NCBI RefSeq assembly: GCF_039939415.1
Contig: NZ_JBDVJE010000071.1
Coordinates: forward strand, 6,182-70,181
DNA from: Polaribacter sp.
GTDB lineage: Bacteria > Bacteroidota > Bacteroidia > Flavobacteriales > Flavobacteriaceae
Reading direction: 5' to 3'
Length of the DNA: 64,000 nucleotides
Positions 41,526 through 51,141 of the stretch are shown here, piece by piece. The notes beneath the pieces are model-generated. The model ran no database searches. It was not told the origin of the DNA and worked only from the letters and a program-made list of their open reading frames with translations. The first letter of the stretch is position 1; each line of letters starts with the position of its first letter. A program made the translations under genes and the position numbers.

Positions 41526-42185
41526 CTATATTAAATGATATTCTTTTGCTTTAGTGGTAAGTTCTTGAAGGTTTTTAGCCTCTAACTTTTTCATTAAATT
41601 AAAACGATGAACCTCTGCAGTACGCTTACTAATAGATAATTCTTCTGCAATATCTTTATTGTTCTTCAATTCTAAAACTAAACTAAGTATTTGTTTTTCT
41701 CTCTTTGTTAATTTAAAAGGAAGCTCTTTAACTTTTGTTTTAGTTTTTTGAAATTTAGTAGCATTTCCGTTTACAAAATTATTCATAATAATAGAAGAAA
41801 CATCTCCTGTAAAATACTTACCTCCTGCAGCAACCTTAGTTACCGCTTTTAAAAACTCTTCTTTACTTGCTCCTTTTAATAAATAACCATCTGCACCTGC
41901 TTGTATAGATTTTACAACATATTCTTCAGAATCATGCATAGAAAGCATTAATGTTTTTATATCAATTTTTTGTTTTTTAATTTCTGCTACAGCTTCAATT
42001 CCATTCATTTCTGGCATACGAATATCAATAATTAAAACATGAGGCTTGTTTTTAGCTATAACCTCTAAAGCTTCTTTTCCGTTAGAAGCTTCATCAATAA
42101 CCATAATTCCTGTTTGATCTTCTAAAAGCGCTTTAATTCCATCTCTTACTAAGATGTGGTCATCTGCCAAAACTACATTAATCAT
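41526..42185 (-). CDS. NarL/LuxR family response regulator
   Basis: ADDH, DIRMPEMNG, LTKREKQIL, TAEVHRFNLMKKL. Confidence 0.93.
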   Translation of the reverse strand: MINVVLADDHILVRDGIKALLEDQTGIMVIDEASNGKEALEVIAKNKPHVLIIDIRMPEMNGIEAVAEIKKQKIDIKTLMLSMHDSEEYVVKSIQAGADGYLLKGASKEEFLKAVTKVAAGGKYFTGDVSSIIMNNFVNGNATKFQKTKTKVKELPFKLTKREKQILSLVLELKNNKDIAEELSISKRTAEVHRFNLMKKLEAKNLQELTTKAKEYHLI

Positions 42186-42243
42186 AACTGTATATATTTT
42201 ATACTTACAAAAATAAGAATTTTAAGTAAAACTACGTATTTTT

Positions 42244-44055
42244 TTAAATCGGGATATTTAAAGTAACTCTAGTTCCTTTTCCTAATTCAGAATTTAAGAA
42301 CAGTCTACCATCAATATATTTAATACGTTCTTTCATAAAAGTCATTCCCATTCCACCATCTCCATTTTTAACTTTCTTTACTTTTGATGGCTCAAAACCT
42401 TTTCCATCATCATCAATATTAATGCTTAAAATATTTTTACTATGAGAAAGTGACACTAAAATATGTGAGGAATTTGCATATTTTATGGCATTATTAATTG
42501 CTTCTTGGGTAATTCTATAAATATTTATTTCTACTAAAGAGTCTAATCGTTGATTAAAATCTGTTTTATTGTACAAAACAATTTCCTTACCCGTTAACCT
42601 ACCTAATTCTTGAGTTAATTTATTAATTGCTGGCACAATACCATGATCTGATAATTCTGGTGGAGTTAAGTTAAAAGTTGCAGTTCTAACACCTTTAATA
42701 ATGTTTGCAGTTAACTCTTTTAAATGCTCTATTTTAGAATTTGTTTTTTCAATATCTTTGGTATTGATACTTTCTAAATTATACTTTAAACCTGTTAACA
42801 TTTGCCCAATTCCATCATGAACATCTTTGGCAATTCTGTTTTGTTCTTTTTCTTGATTTTCAATAATCTTACTAGAGATTATTTTTTGCTGGCTCATTTT
42901 CTCTTCAAAACTAGCCTTTGTTAACCTTTCTATTTCTAATTGAGCCGCTTTTCTATCTGTGATTTCTGATCCTATAATTAATAACTCTAACTTGTCTTCT
43001 GTTGGTCTGTAAGGAATAATAGACATTTCTAACCAAATATCTTTACCTGCTTTTGTGGTTGCTTTAACCTCTCCTTGCCAACCTGTTTTTTTATTTTTAT
43101 CAATTAAAAGTTCTAAAGCAATTTGTTCGTTATTATTACTTGACAAAACATTCCAAAACAAAACTTCTTTTGTAAATTTAGACAACTTAAATAAGCGAGA
43201 AAACTTGTTTCCCATATGAATTAAATTTCCTTTAGGAGAAATTCTTGCAAACAATAAAGTTTCATCCATGGCATGACTTAAGGTTTTTAATTCTTTCATG
43301 GATTTTTCTTTAGCGATACTTAACAAATCTGCATCAAAAGCCATTTTTTTAGCTTTTTTTTCTGCTATCAATAATTCTGTAAGTGTTGCTTTTACAGATT
43401 TTGCTGTAGGCCAAAAAATAAATAGTAGTTCTACTAACAAAATTAGTAAAGTAAAGCCCATTAAAAAGAACTCTAACTTACGCAACCAAACAACTTTTTC
43501 ATCTGCCTCTAAATCATATTGATTTACAATTTCATCCATTATTAATAAAAATGAGCCTTCGTTGTTTGTAACTTCATTAATTTCTGGCGCTAAGTTTTCT
43601 ATAGGAATTAAAGCATTTTTATCTAATTTTTTTACAATTGACTTTGAGGCTTTTTGGATGGTTTTAAAAACCGGATTTATAACTTTAAATTTATTCTTAA
43701 CTTCTGTACTGTTTTGCTTTGGAAGCCCTAGACTGTCATTACCTTTTTGAAGTGAATTATGAGATAACTCCCATAAATAAAGTGTTTTTTTTATCTTATT
43801 TTTAAATAAAAGTCTTGCTTTTTCATTAGAGGAAACAGAAAGAGAAACAATTTCTTTTGTTAATTTCTGACTCAACATTCTTTGCCTACCTGCAATATTA
43901 ATTACAGTAGAATCGCTTTTTTGAGTTTCTAGATGATTTCTAACTAAAAATTGACTGATAATTACAGAGAGTGCAATTGTACTTAAAGCTATTACATATA
44001 AACGACTTAATTTATTAAACGTTCTTTGGTCTAATGAATTAGCATTTTTTGTCAT
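42244..44055 (-). CDS. NarX-like sensor histidine kinase (nitrate-sensing domain, PAS, HisKA_3)
   Basis: INIAGRQRMLSQK P-box-like, RIAKDVHDGIGQ, QEAINNAIKY, DDGKGF, GMGM. Confidence 0.9.
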   Translation of the reverse strand: MTKNANSLDQRTFNKLSRLYVIALSTIALSVIISQFLVRNHLETQKSDSTVINIAGRQRMLSQKLTKEIVSLSVSSNEKARLLFKNKIKKTLYLWELSHNSLQKGNDSLGLPKQNSTEVKNKFKVINPVFKTIQKASKSIVKKLDKNALIPIENLAPEINEVTNNEGSFLLIMDEIVNQYDLEADEKVVWLRKLEFFLMGFTLLILLVELLFIFWPTAKSVKATLTELLIAEKKAKKMAFDADLLSIAKEKSMKELKTLSHAMDETLLFARISPKGNLIHMGNKFSRLFKLSKFTKEVLFWNVLSSNNNEQIALELLIDKNKKTGWQGEVKATTKAGKDIWLEMSIIPYRPTEDKLELLIIGSEITDRKAAQLEIERLTKASFEEKMSQQKIISSKIIENQEKEQNRIAKDVHDGIGQMLTGLKYNLESINTKDIEKTNSKIEHLKELTANIIKGVRTATFNLTPPELSDHGIVPAINKLTQELGRLTGKEIVLYNKTDFNQRLDSLVEINIYRITQEAINNAIKYANSSHILVSLSHSKNILSINIDDDGKGFEPSKVKKVKNGDGGMGMTFMKERIKYIDGRLFLNSELGKGTRVTLNIPI

Positions 44056-44069
44056 TTTAAATTACATTT

Positions 44070-44654
44070 TTAAGAAATTGCTTTTTTTACTAAAGCTAAA
44101 CTTTTATCAGAAAAAGGAAGTGTTAATGCAGCTTTATGACCTTTTTTAGACATTTTTATCCAGGTTTTTTTTAAAATATCAATTACCTTTTCATCTGTAT
44201 GTTTTGCGGCAAACTCTTCGAAATAGTAATCTAAAAAAACCAAGCAAATAGTATCTTCTAAAGCTTGTGCTTCTTCATTCTTTTTTAGTAGTTTTTTTAA
44301 TATAATTTTCTGAACTCTTTCTACAAATTGATTATCAAAACCTACTTGTTCTAAAATTTCTCCAGTAATTTTTGCGTGCATTTTTTTTAATTCTTCACGC
44401 CATTTTAAATACCCAACTCTATCCATTGGATATTCATTTCTTGCAATTTTCCAACGACAAATATGTTGTGCTCTTGCTGCAACTTGCAATGCTTTAGATG
44501 CATTTGGCTCAAATTGCAATAACTTTCTTGTCATTCTTTGAGAATACAGCAATTCTTTAGGGTATGCTATATCTGCTACTTGATATGTGGTTGTGTCTTC
44601 AGCATTTTTCTGATCAATAATTGCAATTGCAGTTTCAAATCTTGTTGGCTTCAT
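44070..44654 (-). CDS. DUF4202-like protein
   Basis: AARAQHICRW, GYLKWR, LEDTICLVFL; typical of nitrate clusters. Confidence 0.8.
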   Translation of the reverse strand: MKPTRFETAIAIIDQKNAEDTTTYQVADIAYPKELLYSQRMTRKLLQFEPNASKALQVAARAQHICRWKIARNEYPMDRVGYLKWREELKKMHAKITGEILEQVGFDNQFVERVQKIILKKLLKKNEEAQALEDTICLVFLDYYFEEFAAKHTDEKVIDILKKTWIKMSKKGHKAALTLPFSDKSLALVKKAIS

Positions 44655-44663
44655 TTCTTGGCT

Positions 44664-45041
44664 TTATTCTGAAAAGCCAATATACACATTTTCTCCTTCA
44701 ATTTTAACAGGATAGGTAGCAATTGGATCTAAATCTCCGTTTAAATTTTCTCCTGTTTCTAATGAAAACGTTTTTTTATGTAAGGGACATGCAACCATTG
44801 GAGTTCCATTATGATCACCAATCATACCTCTACTTAAAACCATTTCTTGTTTTTCTGGTGATAAATTTTGGCATGCATACCATTTGTTTAGTCTTTCAAA
44901 ATTAAATACAGCAATTTGCAAATCATTGTACTTAACACAAGCTCCACCATCTTTTGGAAAAGCATTAATTGAAGCAGCTTTAAACCAAATTTTTACATCC
45001 TCTAACTTCGTTGTTTTATATTTATTTAGAATTCCTTCCAT
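44664..45041 (-). CDS. nirD: Nitrite reductase small subunit (degenerate Rieske)
   Basis: VLSRGMIGD, CPLHKKTFSLETG; follows nirB. Confidence 0.92.
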   Translation of the reverse strand: MEGILNKYKTTKLEDVKIWFKAASINAFPKDGGACVKYNDLQIAVFNFERLNKWYACQNLSPEKQEMVLSRGMIGDHNGTPMVACPLHKKTFSLETGENLNGDLDPIATYPVKIEGENVYIGFSE

Positions 45042-45068
45042 TTTACTTTAATTTTTAAAACTTTTTAA

Positions 45069-47585
45069 TTATTTCCAAGGTTCTGGCATTTTTTGATCTC
45101 TTAAAGGAACAAAAACTAAGTTGTCATCTTCTTCTTCACTGTTTACAAAATGATTAAAACGTTTCATTGTTTCTGGATCATTAACTGCTTGGGTCCACTC
45201 ACATTCAAACTTATTTACTAAAGTTTGCATCTCTTTTTCTAAATCTTCAACTATACCTAATTTATCATCAATAATAACTTCTTTTAAATAATCTAAACCA
45301 CCTTCTAATCTATCTTGCCACGCAGCAGTACGTTGTAATGGTTTGGCTGTACGCATGTAAAACATTAAATAACGGTCTATGTATTTAATTACAGTTTTAT
45401 TATCTATCTGTTCTGCTAATAATTCTGCATGCCTTGGTGTTGCACCACCATTTCCACCAACATATAAATTCCAACCACCTTCTACAGCAATTAAACCAAA
45501 ATCTTTTCCGCGAGCTTCTGCACATTCTCTAATACAACCAGAAACTCCACCTTTAATTTTATGAGGTGCACGAATACCTCTATAACGATTCTCTAGTTCT
45601 ATACCAAAACTTACACTTTCATCCATTCCGTAACGACACCAAGTAGACCCCACACATGTTTTTACTGTTCTTAAAGATTTACCATAAGCATGTCCACTTT
45701 CGAAACCATGACTTATTAATTCTTTCCAAATTAAAGGTAGTTGATTTAATGTTGCACCAAATAAATCAATACGAACACCACCTGTTACTTTTGTATATAA
45801 ATCGTATTTCTTAGCAATTTGACCAAGAGCAATTAATTTATCTGGAGTAATTTCTCCTCCTGGAACACGAGGTACCACAGAATAAGTACCATTTCTTTGA
45901 ATGTTTGCTAAAAATCGATCGTTAGAATCTTGAATAGCATATTCTTTATTAGCAGTATCTGCATTGATACTTGCCATTAAAGAAGCTACCAAAGGCTTAC
46001 ATAGCTCGCAACCATGACCAACATTTCCATGATTGTCTAATACTTCATCAAAAGTAGTATATCCTTTTACTTGTATAATTTTATATAAATCTTGCCTGCT
46101 TAAATCAAAATGTTCACAAACTCCTTCTTTAACCTCTATACCTAAAGATTTAAGAGTTGCATTGGTTAAATCTGTTACCATAGGCTTACAACCACCACAA
46201 CCAGTTCCTGCTTTTGTACAGCTTACAACATCTGCAACATCTTTAGCTTTACCACTTTCAATTACTCCACAAATTTGGCCTTTGGTAACACTTTCGCAAG
46301 AACATATTTGCGCTTCATCTGGCAAATCCATTACATCTCCAAAAGAACCACCTCCATCACCTGCTGGTAAAATTAATTGTGCTGGATCTTCAGGAATTTT
46401 CATTCCGTTTAAATAAATTTGATGTAACATACTGTAATCTGAAGCATCACCTACTAAGATTCCTCCTAATAAAGATTTACCATCTAAACTTACATTAATT
46501 CTTTTATATAAATGTTGTGTTTTATTTTCAAATATGATAGAATGTCCTTTAGCAGCAGGCATAAAAGGCTCTCCAAAACTTGCTACATCTACACCAATTA
46601 ATTTTAATTTGGTAGACATATCAATATCTGCTGGCATTAAACTATCTATTTCACCTAAAATCTGGTTTACAGCAACACCTGCCATATCATAACCTGGAGC
46701 CACTAAACCGTAAATCATTTGATTATACAAAGCAACCTCACCAATTGCATAAATATTTTCATCTGAAGTTTGCATTTTATTGTTTACTACAATTCCACCA
46801 CGAGTTCCCATTTCTAACCCACAAGTTTTACCAAGCTCATCTCTTGGTCTAATTCCTGCAGAAACCACCAACATTTCTACACTTAAAACATCATCTTCTC
46901 CAAATTCCATACCGATAATATGGTCTTCTCCTAAAATTTGATTGGTTGCTTTACTTAAATGTATATTTAATCCTATAGATTCTAATTTTAACTGCAACAC
47001 CTTACTACTTCTTGCATCTAATTGTCTTGGCATTAGTTTAGGTGCAAACTCTACAATATGTGGCTCTAAACCCATATCCATAACAGCTTTACCAGCTTCT
47101 AAACCTAATAAACCACCACCTAAAACTGCTGCTTTAGCTTTTGGGTTAGCTTCTTTTAATTTAGCAGCGTATGCTAACATACCTTCTAAATCTTCAATTG
47201 TTCTATACACAAAAACACCTTCTTTCTCTACTCCTTTAATTGGTGGAACAAAAGCAGAAGAACCTGTTGCTAATACTAAATAATCATAATTAAAAGTTCT
47301 ATTTTTTGCAGTAATTATGGTTTTTGTTTCTTTTTGAATATCTGTAACTCTTTCGTCTACAACTAAGTCTATTCCGTTTTCTTTATACCATTCTGCAGGC
47401 GCCATTTCTAAAGCTTTCGCATCTTGATTTTCGAAAAATTCACTTAAATGAACTCTATCATAAGCAGGTCTTGGCTCTTCACCAAAAACAATAACTTTAA
47501 AATTTTCATTTCCTGATGCTGCTACAAATTTTTCACAAAATTTATAACCAACCATTCCATTACCAACAACAATAATTGTTTTCAT
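45069..47585 (-). CDS. nirB: NADH nitrite reductase large subunit
   Basis: GNGMVG, YDRVHLS, CSC..GCGGC, CEH..CELC, CVGSTWCR, GCIRECAE. Confidence 0.96.
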   Translation of the reverse strand: MKTIIVVGNGMVGYKFCEKFVAASGNENFKVIVFGEEPRPAYDRVHLSEFFENQDAKALEMAPAEWYKENGIDLVVDERVTDIQKETKTIITAKNRTFNYDYLVLATGSSAFVPPIKGVEKEGVFVYRTIEDLEGMLAYAAKLKEANPKAKAAVLGGGLLGLEAGKAVMDMGLEPHIVEFAPKLMPRQLDARSSKVLQLKLESIGLNIHLSKATNQILGEDHIIGMEFGEDDVLSVEMLVVSAGIRPRDELGKTCGLEMGTRGGIVVNNKMQTSDENIYAIGEVALYNQMIYGLVAPGYDMAGVAVNQILGEIDSLMPADIDMSTKLKLIGVDVASFGEPFMPAAKGHSIIFENKTQHLYKRINVSLDGKSLLGGILVGDASDYSMLHQIYLNGMKIPEDPAQLILPAGDGGGSFGDVMDLPDEAQICSCESVTKGQICGVIESGKAKDVADVVSCTKAGTGCGGCKPMVTDLTNATLKSLGIEVKEGVCEHFDLSRQDLYKIIQVKGYTTFDEVLDNHGNVGHGCELCKPLVASLMASINADTANKEYAIQDSNDRFLANIQRNGTYSVVPRVPGGEITPDKLIALGQIAKKYDLYTKVTGGVRIDLFGATLNQLPLIWKELISHGFESGHAYGKSLRTVKTCVGSTWCRYGMDESVSFGIELENRYRGIRAPHKIKGGVSGCIRECAEARGKDFGLIAVEGGWNLYVGGNGGATPRHAELLAEQIDNKTVIKYIDRYLMFYMRTAKPLQRTAAWQDRLEGGLDYLKEVIIDDKLGIVEDLEKEMQTLVNKFECEWTQAVNDPETMKRFNHFVNSEEEDDNLVFVPLRDQKMPEPWK

Positions 47586-47610
47586 AATTACGTATTTTAC
47601 ACAACAAAAC

Positions 47611-47626
47611 TACGTATTATTACTTA
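47611..47626. promoter_or_regulatory. 7-2-7 operator upstream of nirB
   Basis: TACGTAT-TA-TTACTTA overlapping minus-strand TAGTTTTG (47605-47612); extra half-site 47589-47595. Confidence 0.7.
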
Positions 47627-47817
47627 TTTTTTTAGTTTCAAGTCATTATTTTTTAATTAGAAAGTAAATTTTTATCAATTTGAAAAAATAAAACAATGAA
47701 AATGAATATTCTACAAAATAGGTTTCTTAGAAATATGAATTCTGTATTTGCATATTTAAGTTTTTTACTTAGAAGTTTTTAATATCTTTGGAATCTTCTT
47801 TTAATTTAAACTTAAAA

Positions 47818-48399
47818 ATGGACGAATTTATCCTCTACTTTAAAATGGGTCTTAACCATGTGTTAGACTTCTCTGCTTACGATCATATTTTATTTTTAAT
47901 TGTTTTAGCTGTTGTTTTTAGTTTTAACCAATGGAAAAAAGTGCTTTGGTTGGTTACTCTTTTTACTATTGGGCATTCGGTTACATTAGCATTGTCTGCT
48001 TATGGAGTTCTAAAAATTAAAATGAATTTAATAGAATTTTTAATTCCTGTAACTATATTTATTACTGGTTTTATTAATGTTATTACCGCTAAGAAATCAT
48101 CGGCTGGAAAAGAAAATACTAATTTAATTTTTGCAGTATTTTTTGGATTAATTCATGGTTTAGGTTTTTCTAATTATTTTAAAATGATGATTGGTAAAGA
48201 AGAAAATAAACTTTTTCCTTTATTAGAATTCGCTCTAGGTATTGAAGCTGCTCAAATAATTATTGTTTTTGGTATTTTAATAATTGGTACGATTCTTCAA
48301 AACTTTTTTAAGGTTACAAAAAGAGATTGGATTTTGGTTTGCTCATCTATTGTAATTGGTTTTGCAATACAAATGATGTTAGACCGCGTTTTTTGGTAA
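47818..48399 (+). CDS. HupE/UreJ family membrane protein; probable start 47818
   Basis: YDHILFL, TLFTIGHSVTL, GLIHGLGF. Confidence 0.9.
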   Translation: MDEFILYFKMGLNHVLDFSAYDHILFLIVLAVVFSFNQWKKVLWLVTLFTIGHSVTLALSAYGVLKIKMNLIEFLIPVTIFITGFINVITAKKSSAGKENTNLIFAVFFGLIHGLGFSNYFKMMIGKEENKLFPLLEFALGIEAAQIIIVFGILIIGTILQNFFKVTKRDWILVCSSIVIGFAIQMMLDRVFW

Positions 48400-48439
48400 A
48401 AGAAAATGTTTTGTTTTTTTTTTAAGCTAGCAAGTAGGT

Positions 48440-48530
48440 TGCGTTAGGGATTGAAAGGTTTGTTTGAGCTCTTTTTTGTTTTTACAAAAAAAGCGAGTAG
48501 TGAAAGCCCGACCTGAAAGGAAACGTCTAA
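48440..48530 (+). ncRNA. Dispersed structured element, copy 2 (Flavo-1-like)
   Basis: TGCGTTAGGGATTGAAA..GTGAAAGCCCGACC..AAACGTCTAA with different but still pairing central hairpin. Confidence 0.6.
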
Positions 48531-48627
48531 AATATTTTTTCATTATTTTTTATAATTGTAAAAATTGATTTAAATTTTGTCTTATAATTAACGTCTTATT
48601 TCTTCAAATCTTTTTACTTTCGTTTTA

Positions 48628-49053
48628 ATGACTGATAAAAAACAATTAAAATACGATAGAGCTTACTTAAAAATGGCTTTTGAATGGGGGAAACTCTCAC
48701 ATTGTAAACGCAAACAAGTTGGAGCTTTAATTGTAAAAGATAGAATGATAATTTCTGATGGTTTTAACGGAACTCCAACTGGTTTTGATAATTGTTGTGA
48801 AGATGAAGAAGGCATTACTAAATGGGAAGTTTTACATGCAGAAGCAAATGCAATTTTAAAAGTTGCATCTTCTACTCAATCTGCAAAAGGATCTACTTTA
48901 TATATTACTTTATCTCCCTGTACACAATGCAGTAAATTAATTCATCAGGCAGGAATAAAACGTGTGGTTTTTGCTAACTCTTACAGAGATACTTCTGGAA
49001 TCGATTTTTTAGCAAAAGCTGGTGTAGAAATTATGCATTTACCTTATGAATAA
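48628..49053 (+). CDS. dCMP deaminase (ComEB family)
   Basis: HAEANAI, LSPCTQC, GFNGTP. Confidence 0.93.
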   Translation: MTDKKQLKYDRAYLKMAFEWGKLSHCKRKQVGALIVKDRMIISDGFNGTPTGFDNCCEDEEGITKWEVLHAEANAILKVASSTQSAKGSTLYITLSPCTQCSKLIHQAGIKRVVFANSYRDTSGIDFLAKAGVEIMHLPYE

Positions 49054-50617
49054 TAAAAATAACTTACCTATTTATTTTTCGATAGCTGTAGTTTTAGGAA
49101 TAATTATTGGTATTTCTTTAAATGGCAGCTCATCTAACATGTTGTCTTTGTCTAAAAACGCTTCGCAAGAAATGAAGATTAAAAGACTAATAAACTTTAT
49201 TGAAAAAGATTACGTAGATACTGTAAACACAGAATCTTTATTAGATGGTGCAATTAATGAAATGTTGGGTAAATTAGATCCTCATTCTGTTTACATTCCA
49301 AAAGAAAACTTACAAGCTGTTAAAGAGAATATGCAAGGTAATTTTGTTGGTATTGGTGTTCAATTTAGAATGATAAAAGACTCTATTACTGTAATTCAAC
49401 CTATAAAAGGAGGGCCAAGTATTAAAGCAGGAATTAAAGCTGGTGATAGAATTTTAATGGCAGATAAAGACACCTTATTTGGTAAAAAAATGTTTAGCAA
49501 TAAAGTTCCTCAATATTTAAAAGGGAAACCAAACACAAACGTTACGCTCCAAGTTTATAGAAAAAGTAATGATTCTCTTTTTAATGTAAATATAACTCGT
49601 GGAAAAGTAAATATTAAAAGTGTAGATATTTCTTATATGGTTAATGACTCTGTTGGGTATATTAAATTAGATCGTTTTGCAGCCAATACATACAAAGAAT
49701 TTAAATCTTCTTTAAACACACTTATAGATAATGGAATGACAGATCTTGTTTTAGATTTAAGAGGAAATGGGGGTGGTTTTGTACATATAGCAAATGAAAT
49801 TATTGATGAATTTTTAGAAGATGATAAATTAATTGTTTTTACTAAAAACAATAAAAATAAAATAGATGAATCTTTTGCAACTTCTAAAGGTAGTTTCGAA
49901 AAAGGTGGTTTATATGTTTTAATTGATGAAGGTTCTGCATCTGCATCAGAAATTGTTGCAGGAGCTCTACAAGATAATGATAAAGGTACCATTATTGGAC
50001 GTCGTTCTTTTGGTAAAGGTTTAGTACAAGTAGAAATGGATTTAGGAGATGGTTCTGCAGTTCGTTTAACAACTGCCCGTTATTACACACCAACTGGCCG
50101 TTCTATACAAAAACCATATTCTAAAAACGGAAATAAAAACTACTATAAAGACTATCAACAAAGAATTTCTAATGGAGAACTTTTAAATAAAGACAGTATA
50201 AAAGTAATAGATTCTTTAAAATTTACTACACCAAAAGGTAAAGTTGTTTATGGTGGTGGTGGTATTATACCAGATGTGTTTGTTGCTGTAGATACTACTT
50301 CTTACATGACTAATTTCTATTTTAACTCATTAAATAATTATGCTTTTGATTATGTAGATAACAATAGAAAAGATTTAGAAAAATGGACGATTAATAGCTT
50401 TATAAAAGGTTTTGATAAAGAAGAAACTGTTTTTAATAATTATTTATCAAAAATAAAAGACAGAGCAAACCCATCTTTTAAAATGAAGCAAAACTTAAAA
50501 AAATCTTTAAAAGCATCTATTGCAAACACGCTGTTTGGTGATGTTGGTTTTTACAGAATTATGCATCAAGATGATAAAATGTTACAAAAAGTATTAGAGT
50601 TAGAAAACACGAACTAG
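49046..50617 (+). CDS. S41 C-terminal processing peptidase
   Basis: PDZ domain, DLRGNGGG, SASASEIVAGALQD, SFGKGLVQ. Confidence 0.94.
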   Translation: MNNKNNLPIYFSIAVVLGIIIGISLNGSSSNMLSLSKNASQEMKIKRLINFIEKDYVDTVNTESLLDGAINEMLGKLDPHSVYIPKENLQAVKENMQGNFVGIGVQFRMIKDSITVIQPIKGGPSIKAGIKAGDRILMADKDTLFGKKMFSNKVPQYLKGKPNTNVTLQVYRKSNDSLFNVNITRGKVNIKSVDISYMVNDSVGYIKLDRFAANTYKEFKSSLNTLIDNGMTDLVLDLRGNGGGFVHIANEIIDEFLEDDKLIVFTKNNKNKIDESFATSKGSFEKGGLYVLIDEGSASASEIVAGALQDNDKGTIIGRRSFGKGLVQVEMDLGDGSAVRLTTARYYTPTGRSIQKPYSKNGNKNYYKDYQQRISNGELLNKDSIKVIDSLKFTTPKGKVVYGGGGIIPDVFVAVDTTSYMTNFYFNSLNNYAFDYVDNNRKDLEKWTINSFIKGFDKEETVFNNYLSKIKDRANPSFKMKQNLKKSLKASIANTLFGDVGFYRIMHQDDKMLQKVLELENTN

Positions 50618-50757
50618 CTTAATTTACTGTTATAATTATAATTTGAGGTAACTCTACATATACTTAAAAAAATATAGCATAACTTAATAATCAATAAAAC
50701 CAATTGTTATATTAAGTTTCATAATGAAAGTTTGCAATTTTTATTCGACTTATATCG

Positions 50758-50790
50758 TATATTTGCAAACAATTTAGATTTAATCTATTT
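50758..50790 (+). promoter_or_regulatory. suf promoter -7 element and candidate Fur box
   Basis: TATATTTG 50758-50765; ATTTAGATTTAATCTATTT 50772-50790 (15/19). Confidence 0.55.
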
Positions 50791-50796
50791 AAAATT

Positions 50797-51126
50797 ATGA
50801 TAAAAGTTTCAGACACAGCAAAGAAAAAAGTCAGAGAATTAATGACTGATGATGGCTTTGACCCAGCTACAGATTTTGTAAGAGTTGGTGTTAAAAGTGG
50901 AGGTTGTTCAGGATTGTCTTACGACTTAACTTTTGATAATAAAAAAGAAGAAAACGATAAAGTTTTTGAAGAAAATGAGGTAAAAATCATTGTCGACAAA
51001 AAAAGCTTTTTATATTTAGTAGGAACTACTTTAGAATACTCAGGAGGATTAAACGGAAAAGGATTTGTTTTTAACAATCCGAACGCAAACAGAACATGCG
51101 GTTGTGGTGAATCGTTTTCACTTTAA
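50797..51126 (+). CDS. sufA: A-type Fe-S carrier
   Basis: GGCSGLSY, NPNANRTCGCGESF. Confidence 0.93.
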   Translation: MIKVSDTAKKKVRELMTDDGFDPATDFVRVGVKSGGCSGLSYDLTFDNKKEENDKVFEENEVKIIVDKKSFLYLVGTTLEYSGGLNGKGFVFNNPNANRTCGCGESFSL

Positions 51127-51141
51127 AAATTTAAGATAAAG

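Noticed and set aside
17835-47585. tRNA-Leu as integration site of a ~30 kb island (SDR, susCD, nitrate cluster)
   Set aside because: No integrase, no direct repeat of the tRNA 3' end at the far boundary, and no obvious composition shift; the 9-bp CCTTGAGTA match near 34950 is inside a gene and likely chance
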